Shown here one piece after another: positions 51,254 through 61,186 of a stretch of 64,000 nucleotides of DNA. The position numbers and the translations under genes were made by a program. This DNA is from an uncultured Gemmatimonadaceae bacterium (lineage in GTDB: Bacteria > Gemmatimonadota > Gemmatimonadetes > Gemmatimonadales > Gemmatimonadaceae). Every line of letters starts with the position of its first letter. The first letter of the stretch is position 1. The DNA lies in assembly GCA_963781585.1 (NCBI GenBank), contig CAWAGQ010000010.1:160001-224000 (forward strand), read 5' to 3'. The notes beneath the pieces are model-generated. The model saw nothing but the letters and a program-made list of their open reading frames with translations, was not told the origin of the DNA and did no database searches.

Positions 51254-51349
51254 GTCAGGGGCGCATTCGTGTTCTTGCGACCGGGTATCGGGGAATCGCG
51301 CGCGCTGGTTGTTCCCTGCAGCGTCGCCTCGTTACCGGAGCGCGTCCGG

Positions 51350-52132
51350 CTACGGCTTGCGGAGCGGCGCCCGGTCCGATCGCGCAGGATACGGCACGAG
51401 GGTCGTCACGGTGGCACCGTTGGCCCACACGATCGTGAGGCCGGTGTATGCGATTCGGGCCTCGACGCCGCGTACCCGGAAGTCCGCGGTCCTCGACGCC
51501 ATGTCCACCTGCTGCGTGAGAAGCGGCTGTTGGAGGGAATCGGCGAGGAAGAACTGCGCCTCGCGTATCGGTCGCAGGTTCCCCACCCAGGTGAGGCGAA
51601 GCGTATCGCCCCCGGGATGCTCCATACGCATCACCCCGCCGCCGCCGTCCGCGCCGCCGCCAATGATCAGCGTCTTCGACTTCGTCGGGTCGGATGGGGC
51701 GGGGGCGGGCGTGCTTGCCGGGGCCGCAACGCGTCGGCCTCCGTAGTACACCGGCGCTGGGTAGTAAACGACGTTAGGCGCCGGGGCTGCGGCCTGGTAT
51801 TCCACCACGGTGGGACCGTAGAGGAATCCTCGCGGAAACCCGATCGACGGATTCCGGAAAGGCCGTGGACCATCGAAGTGGCCCACGCCCCCCAGACCCG
51901 GATTCACGGGGCCATGGCGCCCGTCGAACGAACTGCCGCGCGCGCCGCCCCGTCCATCGCGTGCCCCGCCGAGCGTTCCGAATCCGGTGAGCGGATGCGA
52001 CCCCGGCTGCGGCGTGGCGACTACGCCCGGCAGCGGCCTGGCGCGGCCGCCGCCGCGCTGTGCGGCAGCCTGTCCCGGGCCGACCGTGACGAGCACGGTG
52101 GCAATGACGATTGCGCGGGATCCTGGTGACAT
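51350..52132 (-). CDS. Hypothetical exported protein (Gly/Pro-rich linker)
   Basis: Signal-like MSPGSRAIVIATVLVTV...AAAQ; RBS GGAG upstream. Confidence 0.6.
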   Translation of the reverse strand: MSPGSRAIVIATVLVTVGPGQAAAQRGGGRARPLPGVVATPQPGSHPLTGFGTLGGARDGRGGARGSSFDGRHGPVNPGLGGVGHFDGPRPFRNPSIGFPRGFLYGPTVVEYQAAAPAPNVVYYPAPVYYGGRRVAAPASTPAPAPSDPTKSKTLIIGGGADGGGGVMRMEHPGGDTLRLTWVGNLRPIREAQFFLADSLQQPLLTQQVDMASRTADFRVRGVEARIAYTGLTIVWANGATVTTLVPYPARSDRAPLRKP

Positions 52133-52313
52133 GACTGCTCCCCGGGGAACCGAATGCACTCCGCCGATGTGGCCGCGTCGCGGACCTTGCACCGCGTCGC
52201 GAACCGGGAGCATCGGCTCTTGGCTCCCTCTTCCGTACGCTAAGGACCTGGGGGCATGCCGCCAAGGGAGAGGGACAGAACGACCGAACGGCGATCGCTC
52301 GGTCGGGACCTCC

Positions 52314-55011
52314 TCAGTCGCCGCGCAAGGCCACGTTGGGGTCCACTCGCGCCGCGCGAAGTGCGGGAATTGCCGTCGCGGCAAGCGCGACCACCACCAA
52401 CACCGCGACCACCACGCCGAATACCGCTGGATCGCGCGGTGATTGCCGGAACATCAGCCCTTCGATCCAGTGGGCGGTCCACAGCGCGATCACGCTGCCG
52501 ATGACGATCCCGATGATGATCAGTCGTGTCCCTGCGCGCGACCACGAGTTGCATCACTTGTCGGAGCGACGCGCCGAGCGCGAGTCGCACCCCGATCTCC
52601 TGCGTCCGCTGCGCCACGTCGTACGCGATCATGGCGTAGAGTCCGATCGCCGCCAGGCAGAGGGCGAGCACACCGAACGCCACGAACATGGTCGCGCCGA
52701 ACTGCCAGGCACGGAAGTTCGGGTCCACCAGCTTGCTCAGCGGCACGACGTTCACGTAGGCGGCGCCGGGCATCTCGCGTTGCAGGCGGCGACGGAGACC
52801 CTCGGCCTGGTCGGCGGCGTGGCCGGCGAACCGCACGAACATCTGCGGATAGGGCGCGTCGTCGTACTGCGTGATCGGGACGTAGTAGGTGTACTCCCTT
52901 GGCGCTGCCAACTGCCGAATGTGCGCGTCCTCGGCCACACCGACCACGGTGCTGCACGGTACCGTGTCGCTGCCGATGCGGAAGCACTGACCGATGGCAT
53001 CGCGACCCGGCCACAGCACGCGCGCCATGCCTTCGCTCACGACGGCCACGCGCAGCGTGTTTGCCCGGTCCGAGTCCTCGAATCCGCGCCCGCGCAGGAT
53101 CCGGGTTCCCAGTGTGGCGAAGTAGTCCGGGGATCCGGCCTGCAGAATGAACGTGCCGAGCTTGCGCACCGAATCGACCCCCGGAACCCAGAGGCCACGC
53201 CCCTCGTTGCTCCAGAACGGCACGGAAGCCGCCAGCGTAGCGCGGGTCACTCCGGGCATGGATTGGGCCGCCGTCAGCATGCGCTGCAGGAGCGCCGGCA
53301 GTTCGGCCTCGCTCAGCCGCGTGCCGCGGGGATTGGCGGCCGCGAACAGCACCGGCTCCACATCGTACCCCAGGCGGTAACCGCGCACGTGCTGCAGGCT
53401 GCGCACGAAAAGCCCCGCCCCCACCAGCAGCACGACCGACAATGCCGACTGGAACACCACCAGCGACGTTTGCAGACGGCCACGACGGTATGTGCCTTCG
53501 CGCGCACCCGTCCGGAGCGCGGTCGTCAGATCGCCGCGTCCCGACAAGAACGCGGGGGCCAGTCCGGTGAGGAGCGCGGCGCCCATTGTCGCCGCTGCCG
53601 CGAACAGCAGGGTGCGTCCGTCCGTGAGAACGCCGGCCCGCGCTTCGCCGGGCAGAAACAGCGTGCCCAACACTGATGCACCCCACTGCGCGATCGCCAG
53701 GCCGGCGGCACCAGCGGCCAGTGCCAGAAGCAGGCTCTCCGTAAAAAGTTGCCGGACGAGACGCAGCCGGCTCACGCCGAGGGCGATGCGCATCGACACC
53801 TCGCGCTGGCGACTCACCGCTCGCGCGAGCAGCAGATTCGCGACATTGGCACACGCGACGAGCAGCACGATCAGCGCCACGCCATCGATCCAGAGGGCGA
53901 CCTTGGCGTCGCGACTTGCGTCCGGCCCACGGGCGAGCTGTACCGGCGCCAGCTCGCCGTGCGGACGAACCGCATCAAAGGTCCCGCCTTCCTCGCCGCG
54001 AGCGCTGGCGGCACGCCAGCTCTGTTGCAACGCGGCGGTCAGATCGGTCTCGGCGGCGGTCACGCTCACGCCGGGCTTCCGCCTGGCGATCATCTCCAGC
54101 CAGCTCCAACCGTAGCCGGCGGTGTATCTGCTGCCGCGGAACGCGTACGCATACGCGGTGATCGGCATGTACGCGGCCGGAACTCCCTGATCACTCATTC
54201 CGACGAAATGTTCCGGCGCGACGCCGACGATCGTGGCGAGCGTGCGATCCACCCGGAGAGGCTTGCCGATCACGTCCGGGCTTCCGCCAAAGTGCGTCTG
54301 CCAGAACGTGTAGCCGAGCACCACCACCGGAGCGCCGGCGGGAACGCTGTCCTCTTCGGCCGTAAAAAAGCGACCGACGGCCGGCCGCGCGTCGAAGAAA
54401 CCGAAATAACTCGCGCTCGCGACGGTGACGGGCACCTCATGCGCGTCCTCGCCGTCACCCACTGCGAGCCTGCGCGTCTGAAAGGCCGCGATCTCGGAGA
54501 AGGCATGGGTCTGCCGCTTCAGGTCGAGGAATACCGGGAACGAGAGGTTACGGATCTGTTGCACCTCGTTGTCGTAGGTCCCGACGTAGTAAACGCGGTG
54601 CACCGTGTCGGGGTCGTGCAGGGCGAATGGCGCCCGGAAGATCAGCCGATCGACGATGGCGAACATGCTGGCGTTCGCGCCGATACCGAGGGCGAGGGTG
54701 AGTATCACCCCGAGCGTGAATGCCGGGCGGGCGCGCAGCCCGCGCAGGGCGTATCGGAGGTCCTGCCAGGTCGTCTCCAGCAGCACCAGTCCGCGGGCGT
54801 CGCGTGTGTCATCCTTGATGCGATCGATGCCGCCGAAGGCGAGCCGTGCGCGGCGCACGGCCTCGGTGCGTGAGACCCCGTCTCGTACGTACTTCGCCGC
54901 TTCGTGTTCGATGTGGAAGCGCAGCTCGTCGTCCAGCTCGCGCTCGACGGCTCGGCGCCGAAACAGCGCGCGCGTTCGATAGCGAATCTCGCTCAGCAGT
55001 TGGGCCAGCAT
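52314..55011 (-). pseudogene. ADOP-type duplicated ABC permease with a frameshift near 52533
   Basis: Canonical ADOP motifs; the expected C-terminus (LIIIG...[17 protein letters not shown]) is in a different frame ending at 52314. Confidence 0.8.
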
Positions 55012-55030
55012 CGCATCGCTCCGGGCAGCG

Positions 55031-55360
55031 TCAGTGCATGTCGAGCACGAGCGCGACCGCCGCGGTCAGCTTCGCCCAAGCGTCCGCCTCGTCGGTGAGC
55101 TGCCTGCGACCCGTCCGGGTGAGCTCGTAGAACTTCGCCTTCCGATTGTTCTCCGATGCTCCCCATTGCGCCCGGATCCACCCCTGCCGTTCGAGCCGGT
55201 GGAGCGCCGGATACAGCGATCCCTGCGGAACGCGCAGCGTGGTGCGCGACACCTGATGCAGGCGCTCCGAGATCGCCCATCCGTGCATGGGTTCGAGCGA
55301 GAGCGCCTTGAGGATGAGGAGGTCGAGTGTGCCTTGAGGGAGGTCGAGGTGATCGGTCAC
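55031..55360 (-). CDS. PadR family regulator (acidobacterial type)
   Basis: [21 protein letters not shown]...[12 protein letters not shown]...[10 protein letters not shown]. Confidence 0.93.
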   Translation of the reverse strand: MTDHLDLPQGTLDLLILKALSLEPMHGWAISERLHQVSRTTLRVPQGSLYPALHRLERQGWIRAQWGASENNRKAKFYELTRTGRRQLTDEADAWAKLTAAVALVLDMH

Positions 55361-55543
55361 TGGCGGGGAGGCAGGTGGTCAGGGCTCTTTGGTGATGGCT
55401 GATGGCCCACCACATGGGTGATAACCTGGGCAGCGGCGTGGGGCGAGCGCGCAGCGTGGGGCACTCGGCGGCGTTTCGTCATCACCACGGACGCGACGCC
55501 GCAATCATCAGGACTCACCAGCACACGACCCCGGCCGTACCCT

Positions 55544-55589
55544 TTGCACTTCTACAGGAGATGTTACTGCGCGACCTGTAGAAGCGCAA
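55544..55589 (-). promoter_or_regulatory. Inverted-repeat operator overlapping the putative padR promoter
   Basis: TTGCACTTCTACAGG-N16-CCTGTAGAAGCGCAA (14/15 match); minus-strand TTGCGC, 17 bp, TAACAT. Confidence 0.6.
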
Positions 55590-55757
55590 GAGGTGGGGGT
55601 CGGCTGGTCGCAACTGGGCTCCCGCGACGCCCCGTCTCATGCGGGCTGCCGGAGACTTGCCGCGGGAAGCAAGGCGGGAGGCATCCTGTCCTCTGGCCGG
55701 CGCGCGTGCGCGCGGACCGGGCGAGACGCTCGCCAAACGATTCGAGGCGACCTATCT

Positions 55758-55802
55758 TCGCCAAGCTCCGGGAGCGATCGACCATCACTTGGCGAAACAG
55801 CA
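55758..55802 (+). repeat. Dispersed 45-bp intergenic repeat, copy 2
   Basis: Matches 48247-48291; outer stem TTCGCCAAG/CTTGGCGAA. Confidence 0.8.
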
Positions 55803-55838
55803 CCGCATCGCCGCACTACCATAATGGAAGGAGCCGCC

Positions 55839-57695
55839 ATGAGCATCCGCGAAGAGCTCGAGCTGCTGGATCAGATTCAGGCCGACGCCGAGCAGGTTGC
55901 CGAGGAGATGGAGGAGCTGTCCGGCGGCGGCATCGCGCGCCGCGAGTTTGTCTTCCTGTCCCTCGTGACGGCTGCAGCGAGCACCTTCGGGTTCGGCGCG
56001 CGCGCGCTGGCACAGGGTGGGGCCGGAGGTGGACAGGGTGGGCCGCAGACGCCGCCGCCGCCCCTGGGGAACGGAGAACCCGTTTCGTGGACCTTCCAGC
56101 CCTATCCGGGGGGAACCGGTGCGCTGATGGAGAAGCTCATCGCGGAACGCGGCGCCGCGGCGTTCAAGCGCGCGACCTTCACGGTGGAGAAGTGGAGCGG
56201 GTCTGTCCCGACGTCTCCCGAGGACATCGCCTTCCTCCCGGCGCATCGGCTGTCGGCGCTGCTCAAGGAACGACGGATTACCTCCACCCAGCTTACCCGC
56301 ATCTACCTCGATCGCATCAAGCGGCTCGACCCCACGCTGCTGTGCGCCGTCACCATCATGGAAGACCAGGCAGTGGCGGAAGCGGCGCGGGCCGATGCCG
56401 AGATCAAGGCGGGAAAGTATCGCGGGCCCCTTCACGGCATTCCGTACGGCGTGAAGGATCTCTTCGCCACCAAAGGCGTGCGCACCACGTGGGGATCGAA
56501 GGACTTCGAGACACGCGTCATCGACGAAGACGCCGAGGTCGTCGTGAGGCTGCGCGATGCGGGCGCGGTACTGATGGCGAAGCTGGCCACCGGACTCTTT
56601 GCGCAGGGTGATCAGTGGTACCGGGGACGTACGAACAATCCCTGGGACATCCGGCGCGGATCGAGCGGCTCGTCGGCTGGCCCGTCCTCGGCGACCGCCG
56701 CCGGGTGCGTGGGGTTCGGTATCGGCACCGAGACGTCAGGGTCGATCGTGTCGCCGGCGCGCGAATGCGGGCTCAGCGCGCTCCGGCCCACCTTCGGGCG
56801 GGTGAGCCGCTACGGCGGGATGGTTCTCGCCTGGTCGCAGGATCGCGTGGGCCCGATCTGCCGGACCACTGAAGACTGCGCGATGGTCTTCAACACGATC
56901 CATGGCGTGGACCCGAAGGATCCCGGAACTGTGACGACGCCGTTCCAGTTCGACCGCAATATCAAGCTCTCCTCGGTGCGCATCGGCGTGGACTCGAATG
57001 CGCCGCAGGAGTTCGTGGACAAGCTGCGCGAGCTGGGGATGTCACCCAGCCCCCTCGGTCCGCGTCCGCAGATGCCCGGCGGGGGCGGCGGACTGGGGGT
57101 GGAGTCGTCAGCGGCCTTCGATGAATACGTGCAGTGGAAGGCGAAGGAGCTCGGCATCGATCTGGCATCGATTCCCGAACCGGTGCGTGGCGGTGGAGCG
57201 GGGCGCGGTGGTCGTGGAGCCGACACGACGGCTGGGCGTGGCGCGGCGGGCCGCGGCGGTGGTGCTGGCGGCGGCGGAGGTCGTGGCGATCCCGGGAATC
57301 CGACCGGCATGTCAGCGCTCACCCGGTGGACCAACGGTCGCTTCGCGCGCGCGTTCGATTTCGTGAACGCGCAGCGCCGTCGTTACATCCTGATCAGCCA
57401 GATGGCGGAGTTGCTCAAGGACCTCGACATGTACGTGCCGGGCGCCAACGGTTACGACGTGGGGCTGCACGCGCAGACCGGTCATCCGTGTACGGTGGTG
57501 CCGTACAAGTTCGATTCACCGCCCGCGGGGCGCGGCGGTCGCGGTGCGGACACGACGGCGCCGCCCCCTGTGTACAACAAGCAGCCCATCTGTGCCGTGC
57601 TGGCCGGGAATCTGTACAACGACGACCTGATTCTGTCGGTGGCGAATCAGTACCAGATTCACACTGACTGGCACAAACGGCACCCGGCACTATAG
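55839..57695 (+). CDS. Amidase signature family enzyme with Tat-like leader and Gly/Arg-rich insertions
   Basis: GPLHGIPYGVKD, GSSGSSAG, IGTETSGSI; RREF motif plus hydrophobic stretch; RBS AAGGAG. Confidence 0.9.
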   Translation: MSIREELELLDQIQADAEQVAEEMEELSGGGIARREFVFLSLVTAAASTFGFGARALAQGGAGGGQGGPQTPPPPLGNGEPVSWTFQPYPGGTGALMEKLIAERGAAAFKRATFTVEKWSGSVPTSPEDIAFLPAHRLSALLKERRITSTQLTRIYLDRIKRLDPTLLCAVTIMEDQAVAEAARADAEIKAGKYRGPLHGIPYGVKDLFATKGVRTTWGSKDFETRVIDEDAEVVVRLRDAGAVLMAKLATGLFAQGDQWYRGRTNNPWDIRRGSSGSSAGPSSATAAGCVGFGIGTETSGSIVSPARECGLSALRPTFGRVSRYGGMVLAWSQDRVGPICRTTEDCAMVFNTIHGVDPKDPGTVTTPFQFDRNIKLSSVRIGVDSNAPQEFVDKLRELGMSPSPLGPRPQMPGGGGGLGVESSAAFDEYVQWKAKELGIDLASIPEPVRGGGAGRGGRGADTTAGRGAAGRGGGAGGGGGRGDPGNPTGMSALTRWTNGRFARAFDFVNAQRRRYILISQMAELLKDLDMYVPGANGYDVGLHAQTGHPCTVVPYKFDSPPAGRGGRGADTTAPPPVYNKQPICAVLAGNLYNDDLILSVANQYQIHTDWHKRHPAL

Positions 57696-57726
57696 CCCGC
57701 GCCGGATTAGTGCGGAAACGAGCTCG

Positions 57727-58056
57727 TCAGGCGCCGGCGAGCACGAGCTCGATGGCGCGGGAAAAGTGTTTCCATTCCGACTGCTCCTCGACCAGCTGCT
57801 TTTTCCCGGGGGTCGTCAGACGATAGAACTTGGCGCGACGGCCTTCCGGTGAAACGCCCCACTCGGCCGACACCCACCCGCGCTCCTCCAGCCGGTACAG
57901 AGCGGGGTAGAGCGAGCCCTGGTTCACCTGGAGCATGTCCTTCGAGAGCTCCCTGATCCGCTTGGAGATGGCCCAGCCGTGCAGGGCGCCGGTGCGGAGC
58001 GTGTTGAGGATCAGGAGGTCGAGCGTGCCCTGGAGGAGGTCGGCTCTGTCGCGCAT
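57727..58056 (-). CDS. PadR family regulator (no adjacent ADOP gene)
   Basis: [12 protein letters not shown]...LHGWAI...[12 protein letters not shown]. Confidence 0.92.
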   Translation of the reverse strand: MRDRADLLQGTLDLLILNTLRTGALHGWAISKRIRELSKDMLQVNQGSLYPALYRLEERGWVSAEWGVSPEGRRAKFYRLTTPGKKQLVEEQSEWKHFSRAIELVLAGA

Positions 58057-58079
58057 GGGGTCGTGGCGGGCAGGGGGCT

Positions 58080-58132
58080 GATACCTTGACGTTCGACAAC
58101 ATTGCGGGGCTGTTGTCGATTGTCAAGGTATC
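58080..58132. promoter_or_regulatory. Long inverted repeat with back-to-back -35 boxes (PadR operator/divergent promoter)
   Basis: GATACCTTGAC-gt-TCGACAACA-N9-TGTTGTCGA-tt-GTCAAGGTATC; TTGACG on +, TTGACA on -. Confidence 0.7.
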
Positions 58133-58325
58133 GGCCGATCGGTCGGTTCGACTGCTGACGGCGACAGGTGCTGTGCCGATCAGCGCCACCGTACCCCGTC
58201 GACTAGATTGCTGGTCAGCTGGTGAGTCGCCGCGTCCGGCGCTCTCTTTGGCCTTCGCGCTGTCGCTGTGCAGCCGAGCCCCGAGCCGCCCCGGTCAGCC
58301 TGCTCCAGCCCTCAAGGACGCCAAC

Positions 58326-58694
58326 ATGGATAGGACAGGCAATGGCGAACTCGCGGAGCCGACGGCCGCGGAGATCGCAGACGCGAAGGACCTCCGATCG
58401 GTCATCGCCGCCGCCCTGGCGACATCGCCGGTCAACGAGACGGCGCTGCGCCGCGGCGTCTGGACGTACGTGGGCGCCGAGCGCCACGCGGGAACGTCGC
58501 CCGGGCACGTTATCATCGCGCTCACCGAGTTGGTCGAGGCCGCCCGGATCGAACCGATGTCGGCTCGTCAGGCGCTGATGCGGCGGGTCATCCTCTGGTG
58601 CGTCGAGGCCTACTTCGGTCACTTGGGGGGCGACGTCGTGGGACGGACCGGCGACGCCCTCTCCGACGCGCCAGCGCCCAAGCCGACGCCATAG
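58326..58694 (+). CDS. Hypothetical protein
   Basis: RBS AAGGA before ATG; helical 122 aa ending ...VILWCVEAYF. Confidence 0.6.
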   Translation: MDRTGNGELAEPTAAEIADAKDLRSVIAAALATSPVNETALRRGVWTYVGAERHAGTSPGHVIIALTELVEAARIEPMSARQALMRRVILWCVEAYFGHLGGDVVGRTGDALSDAPAPKPTP

Positions 58695-58844
58695 GGGCGG
58701 AGCGGTCCATTGGGAGCGCACAAAACGGTGCGGCGTGGCGGCTCTACCGGGTGCTCCGAAACGAAGGGCGCCGCGCAGTCGATCCGTCTCCGGCTCGAGT
58801 GCGCGGCGCCCGCCCGCCTCCCTCGCGGGAGTCGGGGTGCGGCT

Positions 58845-59057
58845 TCAGCGACCGATCTTCGTCACGTTCTCCGCGGCGGGGCCCTTCTGGCCCTGCACGA
58901 TGTCGAACTCCACACGCTCTCCCTCGGCGAGCGACTTGAAGCCGCTGCCCTGGATCGCCGAGTGATGGACGAAACAATCCTTCTGACCGTCCTCCGGCGT
59001 GATGAAGCCGAAGCCCTTCGCATCGTTGAACCACTTGACCGTACCGGTGGTACGCAT
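58845..59057 (-). CDS. cspA: Cold-shock protein (CspA family)
   Basis: [42 protein letters not shown]. Confidence 0.96.
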   Translation of the reverse strand: MRTTGTVKWFNDAKGFGFITPEDGQKDCFVHHSAIQGSGFKSLAEGERVEFDIVQGQKGPAAENVTKIGR

Positions 59058-59523
59058 CGTTCTACTCCCTCTGATGATTTGTTGGGCCGTGTTCGGAGTG
59101 CATGATGCCGTACCGACCGACACAACGTGCTCGTGATCGTTGCCCTCACGACGGGCTCGCCCACGGAATGTGGACACATCTCATACAAAAAGACCTGCTC
59201 GCAATTCGGGCAGGCCCATTGCGCTCGGAATCCGCGCCCGCGCCACTCGCGCGTCGCGCTGCCAGAATATAGTGCATTGTTCGCCAGCGCGCCTGCCAGG
59301 GGGGAGGGGGAGGGGGGAGGGGGGAGGGGCCAGCGGGTCGATCCGGGGCGTGCAACCGGGAAGAGGAGACGGGGGTGGGGTGATTCAGCCGCTGGCGCGC
59401 CTTGAATCCGTCCCGCCTGGCAACCGCGAGTCGACCGCCTCGCGGCGAAGTGTGAGCGGGGGGGCGCACCCCGGCCACTCGTACCTTTTGCGCCACCAGG
59501 GATCACTCGTCATTTTCGGAATC

Positions 59524-60387
59524 ATGAGCGCGCCGTCGTTATTGCTCCCAGGGCCCATAGCCGGCTTATGCCTGGCCGTTGCGGCGACCGCAGGTAGGGC
59601 GCAGAGCCTCCGGGGGTCGCACGAGTCGGTCGACCTGCAGCATCGTGTCGCCGTGCGGCAGGAGTACTCGTTCCTCCAGAACAGTGCGGACGTAAAACGG
59701 TTCGTACGGCTGGGACTCCTTGTCCCCGTGCCCGGTGGCATGCACTACGACCTGGCAGGGGTGTCGTTTCCCTACGCCCGGCCTGCGATCCGGACCTTCG
59801 TCGAGCGACTGTCGGCCCAGTACCAGGCGGCTTGCGACGAGCGGCTCGTCGTCACGAGTCTCACGCGCCCAATCGTGCGCCAGCCGGCCAACGCGTCGGA
59901 CGAGTCGGTGCACCCTACCGGGATGGCGGTTGACCTGCGTGTGAGCCCGGTGCGGAAGTGTCGTATCTGGCTGGAGCGGACACTGCTGTCGCTGGAGGGC
60001 TCGGGGGTCGTGGAGGCGACCCGGGAACATATGCCGCCGCACTATCACGTCGCGGTGTTCCCCGGGCAGTATGCCGTGTATGTCACGGCGGTGGAGCGCG
60101 TGCACGAGAGCCAGGTGGCGGCGGCAGCCTCGTCGAGCAGGCGCGCCGCGTCGGGCGCGAACGGCACGGCTGCATCGAGCAACGGCGCGGGCCCGTCGGA
60201 TGATGTGTCGGCGGCGGATCAGCCGGGATCCGGCTCGCCGTATCGGGTTCATCGTGGCGACTCGCTGTGGTCGATCGCGCGTGAGCACGATACCAGCGTC
60301 GAAGAGTTGAAGCAGCTCAACGGTCTCGCGTCCGACCGGATCGACGCCGGACAGGTGCTGCTGGTTCCGGGTTCGCAGTCGCGCTGA
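59524..60387 (+). CDS. DUF5715-like (M15-type peptidase fold) protein with C-terminal LysM
   Basis: VTSLTRP, SVHPTGMAVD, EH.PPHYH; LysM YRVHRGDSLWSIA...LNGL....I.AGQ.L. Confidence 0.8.
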   Translation: MSAPSLLLPGPIAGLCLAVAATAGRAQSLRGSHESVDLQHRVAVRQEYSFLQNSADVKRFVRLGLLVPVPGGMHYDLAGVSFPYARPAIRTFVERLSAQYQAACDERLVVTSLTRPIVRQPANASDESVHPTGMAVDLRVSPVRKCRIWLERTLLSLEGSGVVEATREHMPPHYHVAVFPGQYAVYVTAVERVHESQVAAAASSSRRAASGANGTAASSNGAGPSDDVSAADQPGSGSPYRVHRGDSLWSIAREHDTSVEELKQLNGLASDRIDAGQVLLVPGSQSR

Positions 60388-60503
60388 AATTCGTGGAAGC
60401 AGGGAGATGCGCGACGACGTGTCCCTGCCTCGCTCCGAGGTAATGCAGGTCCCCAGGCCTCGCTTCCGATCCGGTGGCGGTTACATTTTGGGGTCGGAGT
60501 TGA

Positions 60504-60817
60504 CGGGACGTAGCGCAGTCCGGTAGCGCACCTGAATGGGGTGGCGTTCGCTGCCGCCCGAGGCGGCATCGACCGCGAGTGCGCCGTCGCTGCGCTCCGG
60601 CTTCACACAGGGGGTCGCGGGTCCGCGACCCCACTGGCTTCGGTGGTAGTTTGAGGTCGACGGGACGTAGCGCAGTCCGGTAGCGCACCTGAATGGGGTG
60701 GCGTTCGCTGCCGCCCGAGGCGGCATCGACCGCGAGTGCGCCGTCGTTGCGCTCCGGCTTCACACAGGGGGTCGCTGGTCCGCGACCCCACCGGCTTCGG
60801 TGGTAGTTTGAGGGTGA
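60504..60817 (+). repeat. Two 157-bp tandem units, each an interrupted tRNA-Pro copy
   Basis: Units start at 60504 and 60661 with the first 39 nt of the tRNA at 60818, then a 65-nt insert, then tRNA sequence CAGGGGGTCGC resumes. Confidence 0.9.
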
Positions 60818-60891
60818 CGGGACGTAGCGCAGTCCGGTAGCGCACCTGAATGGGGTTCAGGGGGTCGCGGGTTCAAATCCCGCCGTCCCGA
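60818..60891 (+). tRNA. tRNA-Pro(GGG)
   Basis: CGGGACG/CGTCCCG acceptor stem, CCTGA-ATGGGGT-TCAGG anticodon arm, GGTTCAAATCC T-arm. Confidence 0.95.
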
Positions 60892-60898
60892 TATTGAA

Positions 60899-60943
60899 GC
60901 GAAGACGCCGCGGGTATTTATGCCTGCGGCGTCTTCGCGCTTT
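60899..60943 (+). terminator. Intrinsic terminator-like hairpin after tRNA-Pro
   Basis: GCGAAGACGCCGCGGG...CCTGCGGCGTCTTCGC followed by GCTTT. Confidence 0.7.
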
Positions 60944-61090
60944 GCGCCGGATTTTCCACATCGGCGCCGATCTGATGCCAGATATGGCATCCGTTGGGCG
61001 AAGATCGCGCCCAACACCCGCCCCAGAGGCCCCCTTCGCAGGGTCCATTGCCCACCCAAGCCAGTCGAGCCCATGGCGCACTCATATCCT

Positions 61091-61144
61091 ATATCGATAT
61101 CGCACTTGCCGCAAATCGATACGTAGCGTATTGTTAATCGATAT
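61091..61144 (+). promoter_or_regulatory. Promoter with three ATCGATA boxes at 22-bp period
   Basis: ATCGATA at 61093, 61115 and 61137; TTGCCG (61106), 17 bp, TATTGT (61129). Confidence 0.7.
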
Positions 61145-61186
61145 GAAGAGGGAAGTCATTCCTGCATTTGTGAAGGAGGAGGTCTC

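Noticed and set aside
60543..60607. Self-splicing tRNA intron
   Set aside because: Far too short for a group I/II intron, and removing it would not restore a T-loop or acceptor stem
60504..60891. CRISPR array
   Set aside because: The 'spacers' are near-identical, the repeat is a tRNA 5' half and no cas genes are nearby
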